Source of the DNA: Pseudomonadota bacterium
GTDB taxonomy: Bacteria > Bdellovibrionota_C > UBA2361 > OMII01
Reading direction: 5' to 3'
NCBI GenBank assembly: GCA_038134595.1
Contig: JAYPVM010000005.1
Location: 1 to 64,000 of the forward strand
DNA: 64,000 nt
Positions 45,978-56,001 of this stretch are shown here, piece after piece. Under the pieces are notes generated by a model, which searched no databases, had not been told where the DNA came from, and worked only from the letters and a program-made list of their open reading frames with translations. The stretch's first letter is position 1. Each line of letters starts with the position of its first letter. A program made the position numbers and the translations under genes.

Positions 45978-48932
45978 CTATTCAGTCTGACTGGTAAAGC
46001 CCGATGCCCGCTCAGCCCTGTCTAATACATACAACAATTCCTCCCGAGAGAGGTGAAAATCGCTTCCCTTCTCTCCATCCAAAGAATTCTTTATCAGTTG
46101 CCTTTTTCGACGCTGTAACTCCAACACTCGATGCTCGACCGTATCTTTTGCCACTAGTTTGTGAACTACAACGGGATTTTCCTGTCCTATCCTATGAGCT
46201 CTGTCGGCCGCCTGATCTTCTGCAGCAGGGTTCCACCACGGGTCTAGGATATAAACGTGGTCAGCTGCCGTTAAGGTTAATCCGACACCACCTGCTTTAA
46301 GCGATATTAGCAACACATCAGGCCCTGAGTCCGACTGAAAACTCTCTACCACCGCACCCCGATTGGTCGTATTGCCGTCAATACGTCCAAAGCTTATCCC
46401 TGAGTCGGTGAGAAGAGGTTCTACCTTATCGAGCAACGAAACCCACTGAGAAAAAACAAGGCACCGATGACCATACGCCTTAGATTGCTCTAGATGGTGC
46501 ATTAAAAGAGATAGTTTACTCGAAGTCTCACTGGTTATTCCGGGTACCATCCCTGTGTGACAGCAGGCTTGTCGGAGCCTGAGAAGCATCTCCAGAATAG
46601 AAAATGTCCCGCCACCACTATCTAGTTTATCAACTACAGAACTTTTTGTACTCGTAAGAATTGCGTCATACACCACTCGCTCTTCGCTCGAAAGCTCGCA
46701 CTCTAAAACCATTTCCGTCTTAGGTGGCAATTCCTTAGCAACGTCTCGTTTGTATCGTCGCAAGACAAATGGAGCTACACGAGCCCTAAGATGTGATATA
46801 TCAACACTCTCTCTTGACTCTTTGCCCTGCAGATATTTTCTTTCGAATTCCGCAAGTGTGCCCAGCAATCCAGGGTTTAAGAAGTTACACTGACTCCACA
46901 GATCGCGGGCGCTGTTTTCAATAGGAGTGCCCGTTAAGCATATCTTATAGCGACTTTTTATTTGATACGCAGCTCTTGCCACCTGGCTATATGGATTTCG
47001 GATTACATGGGCCTCATCAAGTACAACGGTCTCCCAATCACTAGCTGCCAGGCTAGCAACATCTGCTCGAAGAATTCCATACGTAGTTATCGTTATCTGC
47101 GCGTTTAGATCCAATTGTCGTTCTGCACCGTGATAAAGTGCCGTTTTTCTACCGGGCAGAAATGACGCAACCTGTTCTTGCCAACTCGATACAACTGAGG
47201 TCGGACAGACAATCAGAGACTTGCCACGTAGGGCACACAGCGCCTGAACAGTCTTGCCTAGGCCCATATCATCGGCAAGGAGTGCGCCTATGTCGTGGTC
47301 CATTAAAAACGATAGCCAATTTACACCTACTTTCTGATAAGATCTAAGGCTGCAGGTTAATTCAGCCGGAAGCTGGCTATCGGGGATACTCGAACAGTCT
47401 GCCAATCCCTTACCAAGCCGAGAGAAATACCGCGGGGGATCTACACCAAGCGATTCTGATATCTCCAATACGTCAGGCAAAAATACTCTAGAGCAACTTT
47501 CAGCGTCCCTTCGTCCTTGAAGCAGCCGTTGCAGTGCCTCACTATGAGCCAATAACCACTGATCCGGAAAGCCCAGCCATCCAAAACCCTCGTGATAATA
47601 TGCACCATTGGACCTAAAATCCCACGCGTCCAGTATCGTTTGTGCGGAAATGCTATCCCCATTGGGCGCTTGAAACTCAACTAGAAGACCAGTATTGCTT
47701 CCTGTTACGGTCGGCACCAACGCAGTTGTCGATCGACACAGCGAGATATCACTTCCTTCAATACACTTATCAGCAATCTGCGCCGCGATATTTACGACCT
47801 TCTGCCCGGAGAATACAGTCGGAACATCCCTACGAAGTCCGTACTGCTGCTCGACCTGCCGCAACAATGCGCCCTCCTGCACCATGTCACGAATTGGTAC
47901 CTCGTAACGATTTTTGATTTCACACTGCCCCAAGCGAATTTCTGCTATGCAAGGATCTCCGTATTGGATTACCGGAAGAACACTTAGAGCTTGTCCGTGC
48001 TCAAAAGCCTGTGCCTCAAATCGAACCGTTGGACGTAATTTTCTTGCCTTTGGTAGAGAGCACCCTATCGTCTCAACCGCAATCTTGGCGCGAAGATTCG
48101 GGATAACTCTCGTAGAGAGATCGAGAGAATCTGAATGGTTGAAAATCTTACCAGCCCCTTTAAGCATCTCAAAATCTTCATACCGAAGAGAGGAGTCCTC
48201 GATTGCGCTAAGAATACCATCAAGGATAACCGCGCTATTATCAAAAACCTCTGTTGTAGCGTCAGCCATTTTTCTACGAAGACAATACCCCTCAGAAACA
48301 TCTACCACCTCCGCCACAACAGGCATAGCCTCCGGCGAGACCCGGATTGGTTCACCGTCCAATTCAACATGGCGGACTCGAGCTAATGATGGGAGCAGAT
48401 ACCGCATAGTCTGAGGATCGAGCACACCGTTCTTCTGAGTCATTAATACGTGATCGATATTCATCTCCTGATCGCTCATTGAGAAATGAGCAGTCGAATT
48501 TGATCCGTTTAACTTCAAGGTCTGTAGTAGCGATGTTTTTACCTCTATACGAGAATCGTTAGAGACAAGATAGCGAGTAAACGATAAAACACTGCCCTGA
48601 CGAAAAAAAGCATGCACCACCGAGCCCTGGCGAACACTTGCAACACTCGAGGAATTCTTACGAACCGCTCCTTGCTTTACGGCGATAAGGGTTGCTAATA
48701 CATGTTCGCACGGGTCAACATCTCCCCCACAATCACAATCCCAGCTTTCATCTTCCGGTGTTAACGAGACGATTACATCTCGGTCGCGACTAGCTGAATG
48801 GATATGGTATTCATGCTCGCCTAGATCACCTGTGCGGATCCACGTAATTTTAGCATGCCGAGCGAGTGTTACAGCCGTTGTCCAAACGCTCCCGTCGCTT
48901 AACTTCCTTGCTAACGCAAATAAACTATCCAT
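45978..48932 (-). CDS. SWIM zinc-finger SNF2-family ATPase
   Basis: CDC-x6-CEH SWIM motif; LADDMGLGKT, DEAH, LTGTP, DPWWNP, DRAHRIGQ. Confidence 0.93.
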   Translation of the reverse strand: MDSLFALARKLSDGSVWTTAVTLARHAKITWIRTGDLGEHEYHIHSASRDRDVIVSLTPEDESWDCDCGGDVDPCEHVLATLIAVKQGAVRKNSSSVASVRQGSVVHAFFRQGSVLSFTRYLVSNDSRIEVKTSLLQTLKLNGSNSTAHFSMSDQEMNIDHVLMTQKNGVLDPQTMRYLLPSLARVRHVELDGEPIRVSPEAMPVVAEVVDVSEGYCLRRKMADATTEVFDNSAVILDGILSAIEDSSLRYEDFEMLKGAGKIFNHSDSLDLSTRVIPNLRAKIAVETIGCSLPKARKLRPTVRFEAQAFEHGQALSVLPVIQYGDPCIAEIRLGQCEIKNRYEVPIRDMVQEGALLRQVEQQYGLRRDVPTVFSGQKVVNIAAQIADKCIEGSDISLCRSTTALVPTVTGSNTGLLVEFQAPNGDSISAQTILDAWDFRSNGAYYHEGFGWLGFPDQWLLAHSEALQRLLQGRRDAESCSRVFLPDVLEISESLGVDPPRYFSRLGKGLADCSSIPDSQLPAELTCSLRSYQKVGVNWLSFLMDHDIGALLADDMGLGKTVQALCALRGKSLIVCPTSVVSSWQEQVASFLPGRKTALYHGAERQLDLNAQITITTYGILRADVASLAASDWETVVLDEAHVIRNPYSQVARAAYQIKSRYKICLTGTPIENSARDLWSQCNFLNPGLLGTLAEFERKYLQGKESRESVDISHLRARVAPFVLRRYKRDVAKELPPKTEMVLECELSSEERVVYDAILTSTKSSVVDKLDSGGGTFSILEMLLRLRQACCHTGMVPGITSETSSKLSLLMHHLEQSKAYGHRCLVFSQWVSLLDKVEPLLTDSGISFGRIDGNTTNRGAVVESFQSDSGPDVLLISLKAGGVGLTLTAADHVYILDPWWNPAAEDQAADRAHRIGQENPVVVHKLVAKDTVEHRVLELQRRKRQLIKNSLDGEKGSDFHLSREELLYVLDRAERASGFTSQTE

Positions 48933-48941
48933 TATCTCTTC

Positions 48942-49967
48942 CTAAGCGGCAGCGGTAACGCGTCGATGAAAATCAGCTGAAGCAGTAGGAACGCCGCATC
49001 TATCAAGCGTTGATAGCAACTCCTTAATATCTCTACACCGCTTCGCAGTTGAGAACCAAGATATAGAACCTCGCTTATGCGCATAATTTAACCATTGCTT
49101 GACTCGAGAAAGGGTACGTCGCTCGGCCTCTCCCTTCTCTCGTGAGAGCCAGACTACATCTGAGACGATCTGCGACCACACCGCCCCTTCATGCAGACTA
49201 TCATAACACTCCGACAGAACAGGAAGCCCCAGATGTCGGGCGCATTGTTCGGCTAGAAATGGATTTGCAAGAACCCCCCTTCCCAGCATAAAGTGCTTGC
49301 AGTTAGTAATATCTTGGCACCGCTTAAGATCCTCGACAGTCCATATCTCTCCATTCGCAATCACAGGAATATCTAGGGCCCGATTCACATCTCTTATAGG
49401 CTTCCAATACGCCGGAGGATTATAGCCGTGCATCTTCGTTCTACCGTGAATAGCAATCCAATCGGCTCCCGCAAGAGCTGCTCGCTCTGCATTCTCATGG
49501 ATCGCTGATGGGTCATCCCAACCAAGACGAAACTTAGCAGAAACCGGAATCGCAATTGGGAGAGCACTACGCACCGCTCTAACAATATTTTCTATACGCT
49601 CTGGAAAACGTAAAAGTGTGGCGCCTCCATCGTGCCGATTAACTGTTGGAGCAGGACAACCAAAATTTAGGTCAACGCAGGTGGCTCCCATTTCGACAGC
49701 GAGCTGGGCCGTTCGAGCCAGTCGGTCGGGGTCTCCGCCGAGCAATTGAATTGCAACCGGGACTCCTGAGCTAGTAACACTGCCGGCTTGAATCTCAGGT
49801 ACTGACTTGATTAAGACTTTCTTCGGAGGCACCAACCCCGAAACTCTCACAAATTCGCTAACGCATCCAGAAAAAGGCATACGTTGAGTCAGCAACCCCC
49901 TCATAAGCGGGTCGGTCACCCCATCCATCGGAGCTAAAATAATTGCTGGTTTATCTGGTGTTATCAT
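48942..49967 (-). CDS. tRNA-dihydrouridine synthase (DusC-like)
   Basis: LAPMDG, DLNFGCPA, SAK-x-RLG, IHGRT, ANGEI, MLGRG. Confidence 0.92.
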   Translation of the reverse strand: MITPDKPAIILAPMDGVTDPLMRGLLTQRMPFSGCVSEFVRVSGLVPPKKVLIKSVPEIQAGSVTSSGVPVAIQLLGGDPDRLARTAQLAVEMGATCVDLNFGCPAPTVNRHDGGATLLRFPERIENIVRAVRSALPIAIPVSAKFRLGWDDPSAIHENAERAALAGADWIAIHGRTKMHGYNPPAYWKPIRDVNRALDIPVIANGEIWTVEDLKRCQDITNCKHFMLGRGVLANPFLAEQCARHLGLPVLSECYDSLHEGAVWSQIVSDVVWLSREKGEAERRTLSRVKQWLNYAHKRGSISWFSTAKRCRDIKELLSTLDRCGVPTASADFHRRVTAAA

Positions 49968-50021
49968 GCAGTATAAGTCTACTGTGAAGTCATATCCCTA
50001 GTCACCTAAACCACTAAAAGG

Positions 50022-50825
50022 CTACGTAACCCTTTCTTTCATATGACGCCCAAACCGCTCACGTAAAACACCCATTACCGCTTCCCGCGGAAGCGATAAG
50101 CGAGTAGAACCAAGTACATAGGGACCGACTTCGTAACTATTGTAATGAAGCTCCAAACTGTTTTCCGTAAGCATCCAGTTATTCGGAAGCGGGAGAGCCT
50201 CACCCGCAGGAATAAAAAAACCAGCATCAAATAGGCTCTGCTCCATAGGAATATTACGAGCACGACGGAACTCGGCCTCGACAATACGAGCAAATGAGGC
50301 GCTCGCCCCATTCCGCACGATCTCATCCAACGCAAGGATACCACCGGTCTGACCATCAAACATAAGTAACGACACCTCGTGAAATCCGTGAGCACCACCT
50401 AAATAACCATCATTGAGTATCTCAACCGCGATAAACTCTTCCGCGAGACTTGAAACTTTTACTGTTCGAGACAGCGACCAATCAATAGGTGTTTCAGAGA
50501 AGCTCTCGTACTCTTCTAGACGGTTCTCAAGCTCCCTTAGCACATGAGAACTGGACGGTTCCAACGTTTCCGAATCAACAGGAAGGTATAAAATCCGCGC
50601 TATCTCAGCTTGAACTCTCTTAACCACATCAGTTTTAAAGCTCGCCGGGAGCTCCGGGACAGCGGCTAAACTAACCTTTACACACGGCGTCGGTGCACAC
50701 GTCCCGAGAGTCGTTTCCACCCCGGGATCGAGAGGTTTCGCGGCGGGGATAAAACATCCCCCGATGCTCGTTCCCAAAAAAACAACACATATAATGTTGA
50801 ACAACGATTTATGAACGGTGCGCAC
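50022..50825 (-). CDS. Lipoprotein, DUF3298/RsiV-like
   Basis: GG-C lipobox, YLGGAHG, YNSYEVGPY. Confidence 0.82.
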   Translation of the reverse strand: MRTVHKSLFNIICVVFLGTSIGGCFIPAAKPLDPGVETTLGTCAPTPCVKVSLAAVPELPASFKTDVVKRVQAEIARILYLPVDSETLEPSSSHVLRELENRLEEYESFSETPIDWSLSRTVKVSSLAEEFIAVEILNDGYLGGAHGFHEVSLLMFDGQTGGILALDEIVRNGASASFARIVEAEFRRARNIPMEQSLFDAGFFIPAGEALPLPNNWMLTENSLELHYNSYEVGPYVLGSTRLSLPREAVMGVLRERFGRHMKERVT

Positions 50826-50826
50826 G

Positions 50827-51603
50827 TCATTGAGCCTTCATTTTTCCACGAAGGCTAACCGCACGCTTAACGGTGGCTCGAATATAATCGCGGTTCATCT
50901 TTGTTATATACTTTATACTAATCCCTTTCGGACATGCTTCTTGACACTCGCCATGATTCGTACATCCCCCGAACCCCTCTTTATCCATTTGATCTACCAT
51001 CGATAGCACACGATCAGTTTGTTCTGCCTGACCCTGCGGCAATAGGCCTAAATGAACAACCTTCGCCGCCGTAAATAGCATTGCGGATCCGTTTGGACAC
51101 GCAGAAACACATGCCCCACACCCGATACATGCCGCTGCATCAAAAGCCTCATCTGAAAACTCCTTTTCTATCGGCGTAGCGTTGGCCTCTGGCGCTGCAC
51201 CCGTCGATACCGAGACAAATCCACCAGACTGCTGAATACGATCAAATGCAGAGCGGTCTGTTACCAAATCTTTAACCACCGGAAACGCACCTGCTCGAAA
51301 TGGCTCGACATAGATAACGTCACCACTGCTAAACGTTCTCATATGGAGCTGACAAGCAGTCGTAAGTTTCTTGTGGCCGTGCGGTCTTCCATTAATACTC
51401 ATCGAACACGAGCCGCAAATACCTTCTCGACAGTCGTGCTCAAAGGCAAACGGCTCATTGCCCTGCTCAATGAGAATACCGTTAAGAGTGTCAAGCATCT
51501 CCAAAAACGACGAGTCCTCACTAATTCCCGTCAACTCATGACGCTCAAATGAGCCTTTGGCCTTGCTATTTCTTTGCCGCCAAACGTACACCGTTAAATC
51601 CAT
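50827..51603 (-). CDS. sdhB: Succinate dehydrogenase/fumarate reductase Fe-S subunit
   Basis: [16 protein letters not shown]-x3-[10 protein letters not shown]-x3-CPK. Confidence 0.95.
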   Translation of the reverse strand: MDLTVYVWRQRNSKAKGSFERHELTGISEDSSFLEMLDTLNGILIEQGNEPFAFEHDCREGICGSCSMSINGRPHGHKKLTTACQLHMRTFSSGDVIYVEPFRAGAFPVVKDLVTDRSAFDRIQQSGGFVSVSTGAAPEANATPIEKEFSDEAFDAAACIGCGACVSACPNGSAMLFTAAKVVHLGLLPQGQAEQTDRVLSMVDQMDKEGFGGCTNHGECQEACPKGISIKYITKMNRDYIRATVKRAVSLRGKMKAQ

Positions 51604-51613
51604 GTCTCTCTCC

Positions 51614-53533
51614 CTACTTGTAACTTCTCGTACTCAGTGTCACGTTTTCAAAGCTCAACGGCTCTTTTGTAAGCTCATGTTTACCCTGCGCCCCCCCTGG
51701 ACTCCATACGGCACCGTAGCAAAACTTTTCATCATCTCTCTTAGCTTCTCCGTCCTGAGTTTGATGTTCTTCTCGGAAGTGCCCGCCGCAGGACTCCTCT
51801 CGGTTAAGAGCGTCCACACACATCAGTTCAGCAAAATCAAAAAAATCAGCTACCCTACCTGCCTTTTCTAATTCTTGATTCAAATCCTGCCCATCTCCGC
51901 CAACTCTCGCGTTCTGCCAAAACTCTTCTCTTATCTCCCCAATCTCTGAGATAGCCTCTTTGAGTCCAGACTCAGACCTTGACATCCCGCATTTATCCCA
52001 CATCACTCGTCCAAGTTTTCTGTGATAGAAATCAACAGGCTTGGAGCCCTGCATAGCAAGAAATCCGTCCAATCGTTCACCGACCCGGCCCTTGGCTTCT
52101 TTTACATCTGCGTGATCCGTTGAAAACTCCCCCGGCTTCTGGCCTGCGAGATAATCTCCAATTGTGTTCGGAAGCACAAAATAACCGTCGGCTAACCCTT
52201 GCATCAACGCGCTCGCCCCTAACCGATTGGCGCCATGGTCTGAGAAGTTTGCCTCTCCCGCGGCAAACAAACCTGGAATGGTGGTCATCAGATTATAGTC
52301 AACCCACAAGCCACCCATTGTGTAGTGCGGAGCGGGATAAATCCGCATCGGCGTCGCGTACGGATTCTCCCCAGCGATATTCGCGTACATATCGAATAGA
52401 TTCCCATACCGCGATTCTATCACGTCCTTTCCGAGCCTGTTGATTGCATCTGAAAAATCGAGATAAACCCCTAGCCCCATCGGACCGACTCCGTATCCGG
52501 CGTCGCAGCGTTCCTTTGCTGCTCGAGACGCAATATCCCGGGGCGAAAGATTTCCGAAGCTAGGATACCGACGCTCAAGATAGTAATCGCGTTCGTTCTC
52601 GGGTATTTCCGCGGGTCGTCGACGATCCCCTTGAGCTTTGGGCACCCACACCCGCCCGTCATTACGAAGTGATTCACTCATAAGAGTAAGCTTAGACTGA
52701 TGTTCACCAGAAACAGGAATGGAAGTGGGATGAATCTGCGTAAAACAAGGATTGGCAAATCCAGCGCCATGCTTATACGCTCTCCATGTTGCCGTAACAT
52801 TACAGTTCTTTGCATTGGTAGAAAGATAGAAGACATTTGAATATCCTCCGGTCGCCAAAACAACAGCATCGGCTACATGCGGTGTTATTTCTCCAGTCCT
52901 TAGGTCTCGAACTATCACACCGCGACACCGCCCATCACTAATAATGAGGTCTAACATCTCGGTGTGCGGAAACATAGCAACTGTACCCGCATGAATCTGT
53001 CGATTTAGAGCGGCATACGCACCCAGTAACAGTTGTTGCCCTGTTTGACCTTTTGCGTAGAAAGTCCTCGATACCTGCGCACCACCGAAAGACCGATTTG
53101 CAAGCAGTCCCCCATAATCTCTCGCAAACGGAACCCCTTGCGCGACACACTGATCGATTATGTTGACACTCAACTGCGCTAATCTATATACATTGGCTTC
53201 GCGAGCCCTAAAATCTCCACCCTTGATGGTATCGTAAAATAGCCGGAATACACTGTCGCCGTCGTTTTGATAATTTTTTGCAGCGTTGATACCCCCTTGA
53301 GCTGCGATGCTATGCGCCCGACGAGGAGAATCCTGAAAACAAAAAGACTTTACATTATACCCCAGCTCACCAAACGAAGCCGCCGCAGACGCACCGGCCA
53401 AACCCGTTCCTATTACTACGATAGAGTACTTTCGCTTATTAGCCGGACTGACTAGCTTAATCGAGGCCTTGTGTTTCTGCCACTTTTCTTCGAGCGGCCC
53501 TGCTGGAATCTTGGAGTCAAGCTTGAGAGACAT
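51614..53533 (-). CDS. sdhA: Succinate dehydrogenase/fumarate reductase flavoprotein
   Basis: [15 protein letters not shown] (covalent FAD His), QIHPT, HYTMGG, HGANRLG. Confidence 0.96.
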   Translation of the reverse strand: MSLKLDSKIPAGPLEEKWQKHKASIKLVSPANKRKYSIVVIGTGLAGASAAASFGELGYNVKSFCFQDSPRRAHSIAAQGGINAAKNYQNDGDSVFRLFYDTIKGGDFRAREANVYRLAQLSVNIIDQCVAQGVPFARDYGGLLANRSFGGAQVSRTFYAKGQTGQQLLLGAYAALNRQIHAGTVAMFPHTEMLDLIISDGRCRGVIVRDLRTGEITPHVADAVVLATGGYSNVFYLSTNAKNCNVTATWRAYKHGAGFANPCFTQIHPTSIPVSGEHQSKLTLMSESLRNDGRVWVPKAQGDRRRPAEIPENERDYYLERRYPSFGNLSPRDIASRAAKERCDAGYGVGPMGLGVYLDFSDAINRLGKDVIESRYGNLFDMYANIAGENPYATPMRIYPAPHYTMGGLWVDYNLMTTIPGLFAAGEANFSDHGANRLGASALMQGLADGYFVLPNTIGDYLAGQKPGEFSTDHADVKEAKGRVGERLDGFLAMQGSKPVDFYHRKLGRVMWDKCGMSRSESGLKEAISEIGEIREEFWQNARVGGDGQDLNQELEKAGRVADFFDFAELMCVDALNREESCGGHFREEHQTQDGEAKRDDEKFCYGAVWSPGGAQGKHELTKEPLSFENVTLSTRSYK

Positions 53534-53566
53534 ACTAAATCCTTTATGAAAATCTCTTTATCAAAA

Positions 53567-54298
53567 TCAATGCCTACCGCCTTCCGTATGGTGCGCAACC
53601 GGCTGTGGCAACAGATTCATGGCTATCGATGCGGGAACAGCAGAAAAGCCAATAAACATTAAGACCGAAACAACCTTTGCGATATTCCTTATCCCGTTAT
53701 TCCAACTCGGCGTATCTACTCCTAATGTTTGAAACATACTCCATGTTCCATGATAGAGATGCATCCCCAAAAAACCCATGGCTACAACGTATACAGATGC
53801 TATCCCCCTGTTTTGGAAGGCATTCCATACGTTCTGATATACTTCTCCCTCAACGAACCCCTGAGTATGAACATGCCCTGTCGTGAAATGAAGGATATGA
53901 AAAGCGATAAACGAAAGGAGAAATAATCCTCCGTACAACATAGTCTTCGAGGCAGCATTTGCTGACCTATAGCGTATGTTATTCCCGGAGATTGGTTTAG
54001 CCGCTCGGTTTAACCTCGCCAACTGAATACCGCTTATGGCGTGCACAAGTAGCGCAACGATAAGAACCGCCCGAACCACCCACAAAACTCCACTGTTTCC
54101 GAACATCTCCGAACCCATTGACCGCAAGAACCTGCCGTAATCGTCAATCTTATAGTCACCAGTTGCAGGGTCAATGCCAGCAAAAATCTTCAGATTACCT
54201 ACCATATGACCAATCACAAAGCCGACCATAATGACGCCACTAAGGGCCATCGAGACCTTTTTGCCGATGGTGGATTTATAAAAGCTTCCTAGAGTCAT
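53567..54298 (-). CDS. sdhC: Succinate dehydrogenase cytochrome b subunit (5-TM type)
   Basis: IGKKV-x-MALSG, heme His residues in HMVGN, VHA, FHILH, HLYHG. Confidence 0.93.
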   Translation of the reverse strand: MTLGSFYKSTIGKKVSMALSGVIMVGFVIGHMVGNLKIFAGIDPATGDYKIDDYGRFLRSMGSEMFGNSGVLWVVRAVLIVALLVHAISGIQLARLNRAAKPISGNNIRYRSANAASKTMLYGGLFLLSFIAFHILHFTTGHVHTQGFVEGEVYQNVWNAFQNRGIASVYVVAMGFLGMHLYHGTWSMFQTLGVDTPSWNNGIRNIAKVVSVLMFIGFSAVPASIAMNLLPQPVAHHTEGGRH

Positions 54299-54612
54299 AC
54301 CAACCTACTGTCATTTAATGTGTGCGCTAATGAAATCACGCGCCTTGAAGCCGACAACACAGTGCCAAAGATAAGAAATGAAAAGACGCGCCCTTCCCTA
54401 GGCACGCCCCGCAAACGTCCCCTTGGAGAGGCCAACGAGCCCGCACCCCGAATCAAACCCTTCAAGATTACAGGACATTATTCCACATAGACCTCCGGCG
54501 CAATAGGAACAAATTACTTCCAACGCCAACTACAACACTGTTTCTGTTTTTATACTCATAGTTTAGCTTTGTCAGCCCGATAAACCTATGAAACATCGCA
54601 AGAATCGAGGCT

Positions 54613-55902
54613 ATGCGTAAGATATCAATCAAATTAGGAGAGCGAATGGATGGCTCAGCCGAGATTCGCATCGCCCCTGAACAACTCTTTGGGTGCCACT
54701 GTGCTATACTCGGAAGCTCGGGGAGCGGAAAAAGCTGGACCCTTGCCCGATGCCTCGAGGAGTCTGCTAACTATGGCTCTAAATTTGTCCTACTTGACGT
54801 ATCAGGCGAGTACAGCAACCTCGAGCACCGGACGTTTCACATCCACATCCCAACCACTCACGCGATCACACCCTCATCGGAGAATAGATCAGTGGCCGCG
54901 ACCATACCGTACTATGAACTGACAGAATCAGACCTGTTTTCGATATTCGCGCCTAATGGACCTCTGCAACGCGTAAAACTTAGAGAGGCAATGCGCACTC
55001 TCAAGTTACTGCAACGAATCCCCCAGCTTGCGGTTAGTGGCGTATTTCCGAAATCAAACAAACTTAAAGCGCCCTATGAAGAGGCGCTCATTGCAGAGTC
55101 AAAAAGTATCAACCGGCCCGACAGCATTTTTAACGTGTATAACCTTCCAAACCAAATAGCACACGAGTGCGTTGACCCATCTAGAAGCGACGCGGAACAG
55201 GGGTACTGGGGTTCGGTAAATAGCGCAGACCAAACCGAGTGTGCGTCTCTCATCCATAGGATTGACGACCTCTTAAAGCAGGGTACATTAAATTGTATAT
55301 TTAATCCTCCCGCTATCCCTAGCGTCTTCGAGGCACTCGAGAAATTCATAACCGATGATACCGTTTCCATTCTAAGAATCTCGCTAGAGGAGCTCCCGAT
55401 AGCAAATGAAGTTCGAACAATCGTTTTAGAAGCCATCGCTCGCACGCTACTATCAATGGCCCGACATAACGAGTTTCGAGAGAGACCAGTAGTCTTGGTT
55501 ATGGATGAAGCTCACCAAGCCATTTCCCCGGGGGTGGCCGCCAGACAGCTTGAAACGCCTAAATTCCCTGTATTCGAATCGATTGCCAAGGAGGGAAGAA
55601 AATACGGACTAACCCTCTGCTTGGCAACCCAACGGCCAGCAGATCTTTCAGATGGCATCTTAACGCAGGTGTCCACTTTTGTCGTGCACCGACTTATCGG
55701 GAAAGGAGACCAGGATTCGGTACAGCACGTATTAGGCGGAGTCGACGCCTCACTGATAAAAAATCTAAGTAAATTACCAAAGGGGAGCGCAATTTTAATA
55801 AGTGGTGGATCGCATACGACCTTGAAGGTAACAAAGCCAGATGTTCCACCTGTATCAAATGGCCCTAATTACCAACAAGCATGGTCCCAATCAAAGCGGT
55901 AA
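54613..55902 (+). CDS. HerA/DUF87-family ATPase
   Basis: HCAILGSSGSGKS, LDVSGEY, MDEAH, IAKEGRKYG, ATQRP, VHRL. Confidence 0.9.
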   Translation: MRKISIKLGERMDGSAEIRIAPEQLFGCHCAILGSSGSGKSWTLARCLEESANYGSKFVLLDVSGEYSNLEHRTFHIHIPTTHAITPSSENRSVAATIPYYELTESDLFSIFAPNGPLQRVKLREAMRTLKLLQRIPQLAVSGVFPKSNKLKAPYEEALIAESKSINRPDSIFNVYNLPNQIAHECVDPSRSDAEQGYWGSVNSADQTECASLIHRIDDLLKQGTLNCIFNPPAIPSVFEALEKFITDDTVSILRISLEELPIANEVRTIVLEAIARTLLSMARHNEFRERPVVLVMDEAHQAISPGVAARQLETPKFPVFESIAKEGRKYGLTLCLATQRPADLSDGILTQVSTFVVHRLIGKGDQDSVQHVLGGVDASLIKNLSKLPKGSAILISGGSHTTLKVTKPDVPPVSNGPNYQQAWSQSKR

Positions 55903-56001
55903 ATCTGGCCTCGTCAATAAGACGCCCAGAGCATATAACTCTGAGGTAAAAGGAAGCATTTCACACTATAAGCCGCAATCCTACTACGCTATACTACCAA
56001 T

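Noticed and set aside
54468..54671. 67-aa minus-strand ORF upstream of sdhC
   Set aside because: It overlaps the HerA start head-to-head and has no SD or recognisable features.
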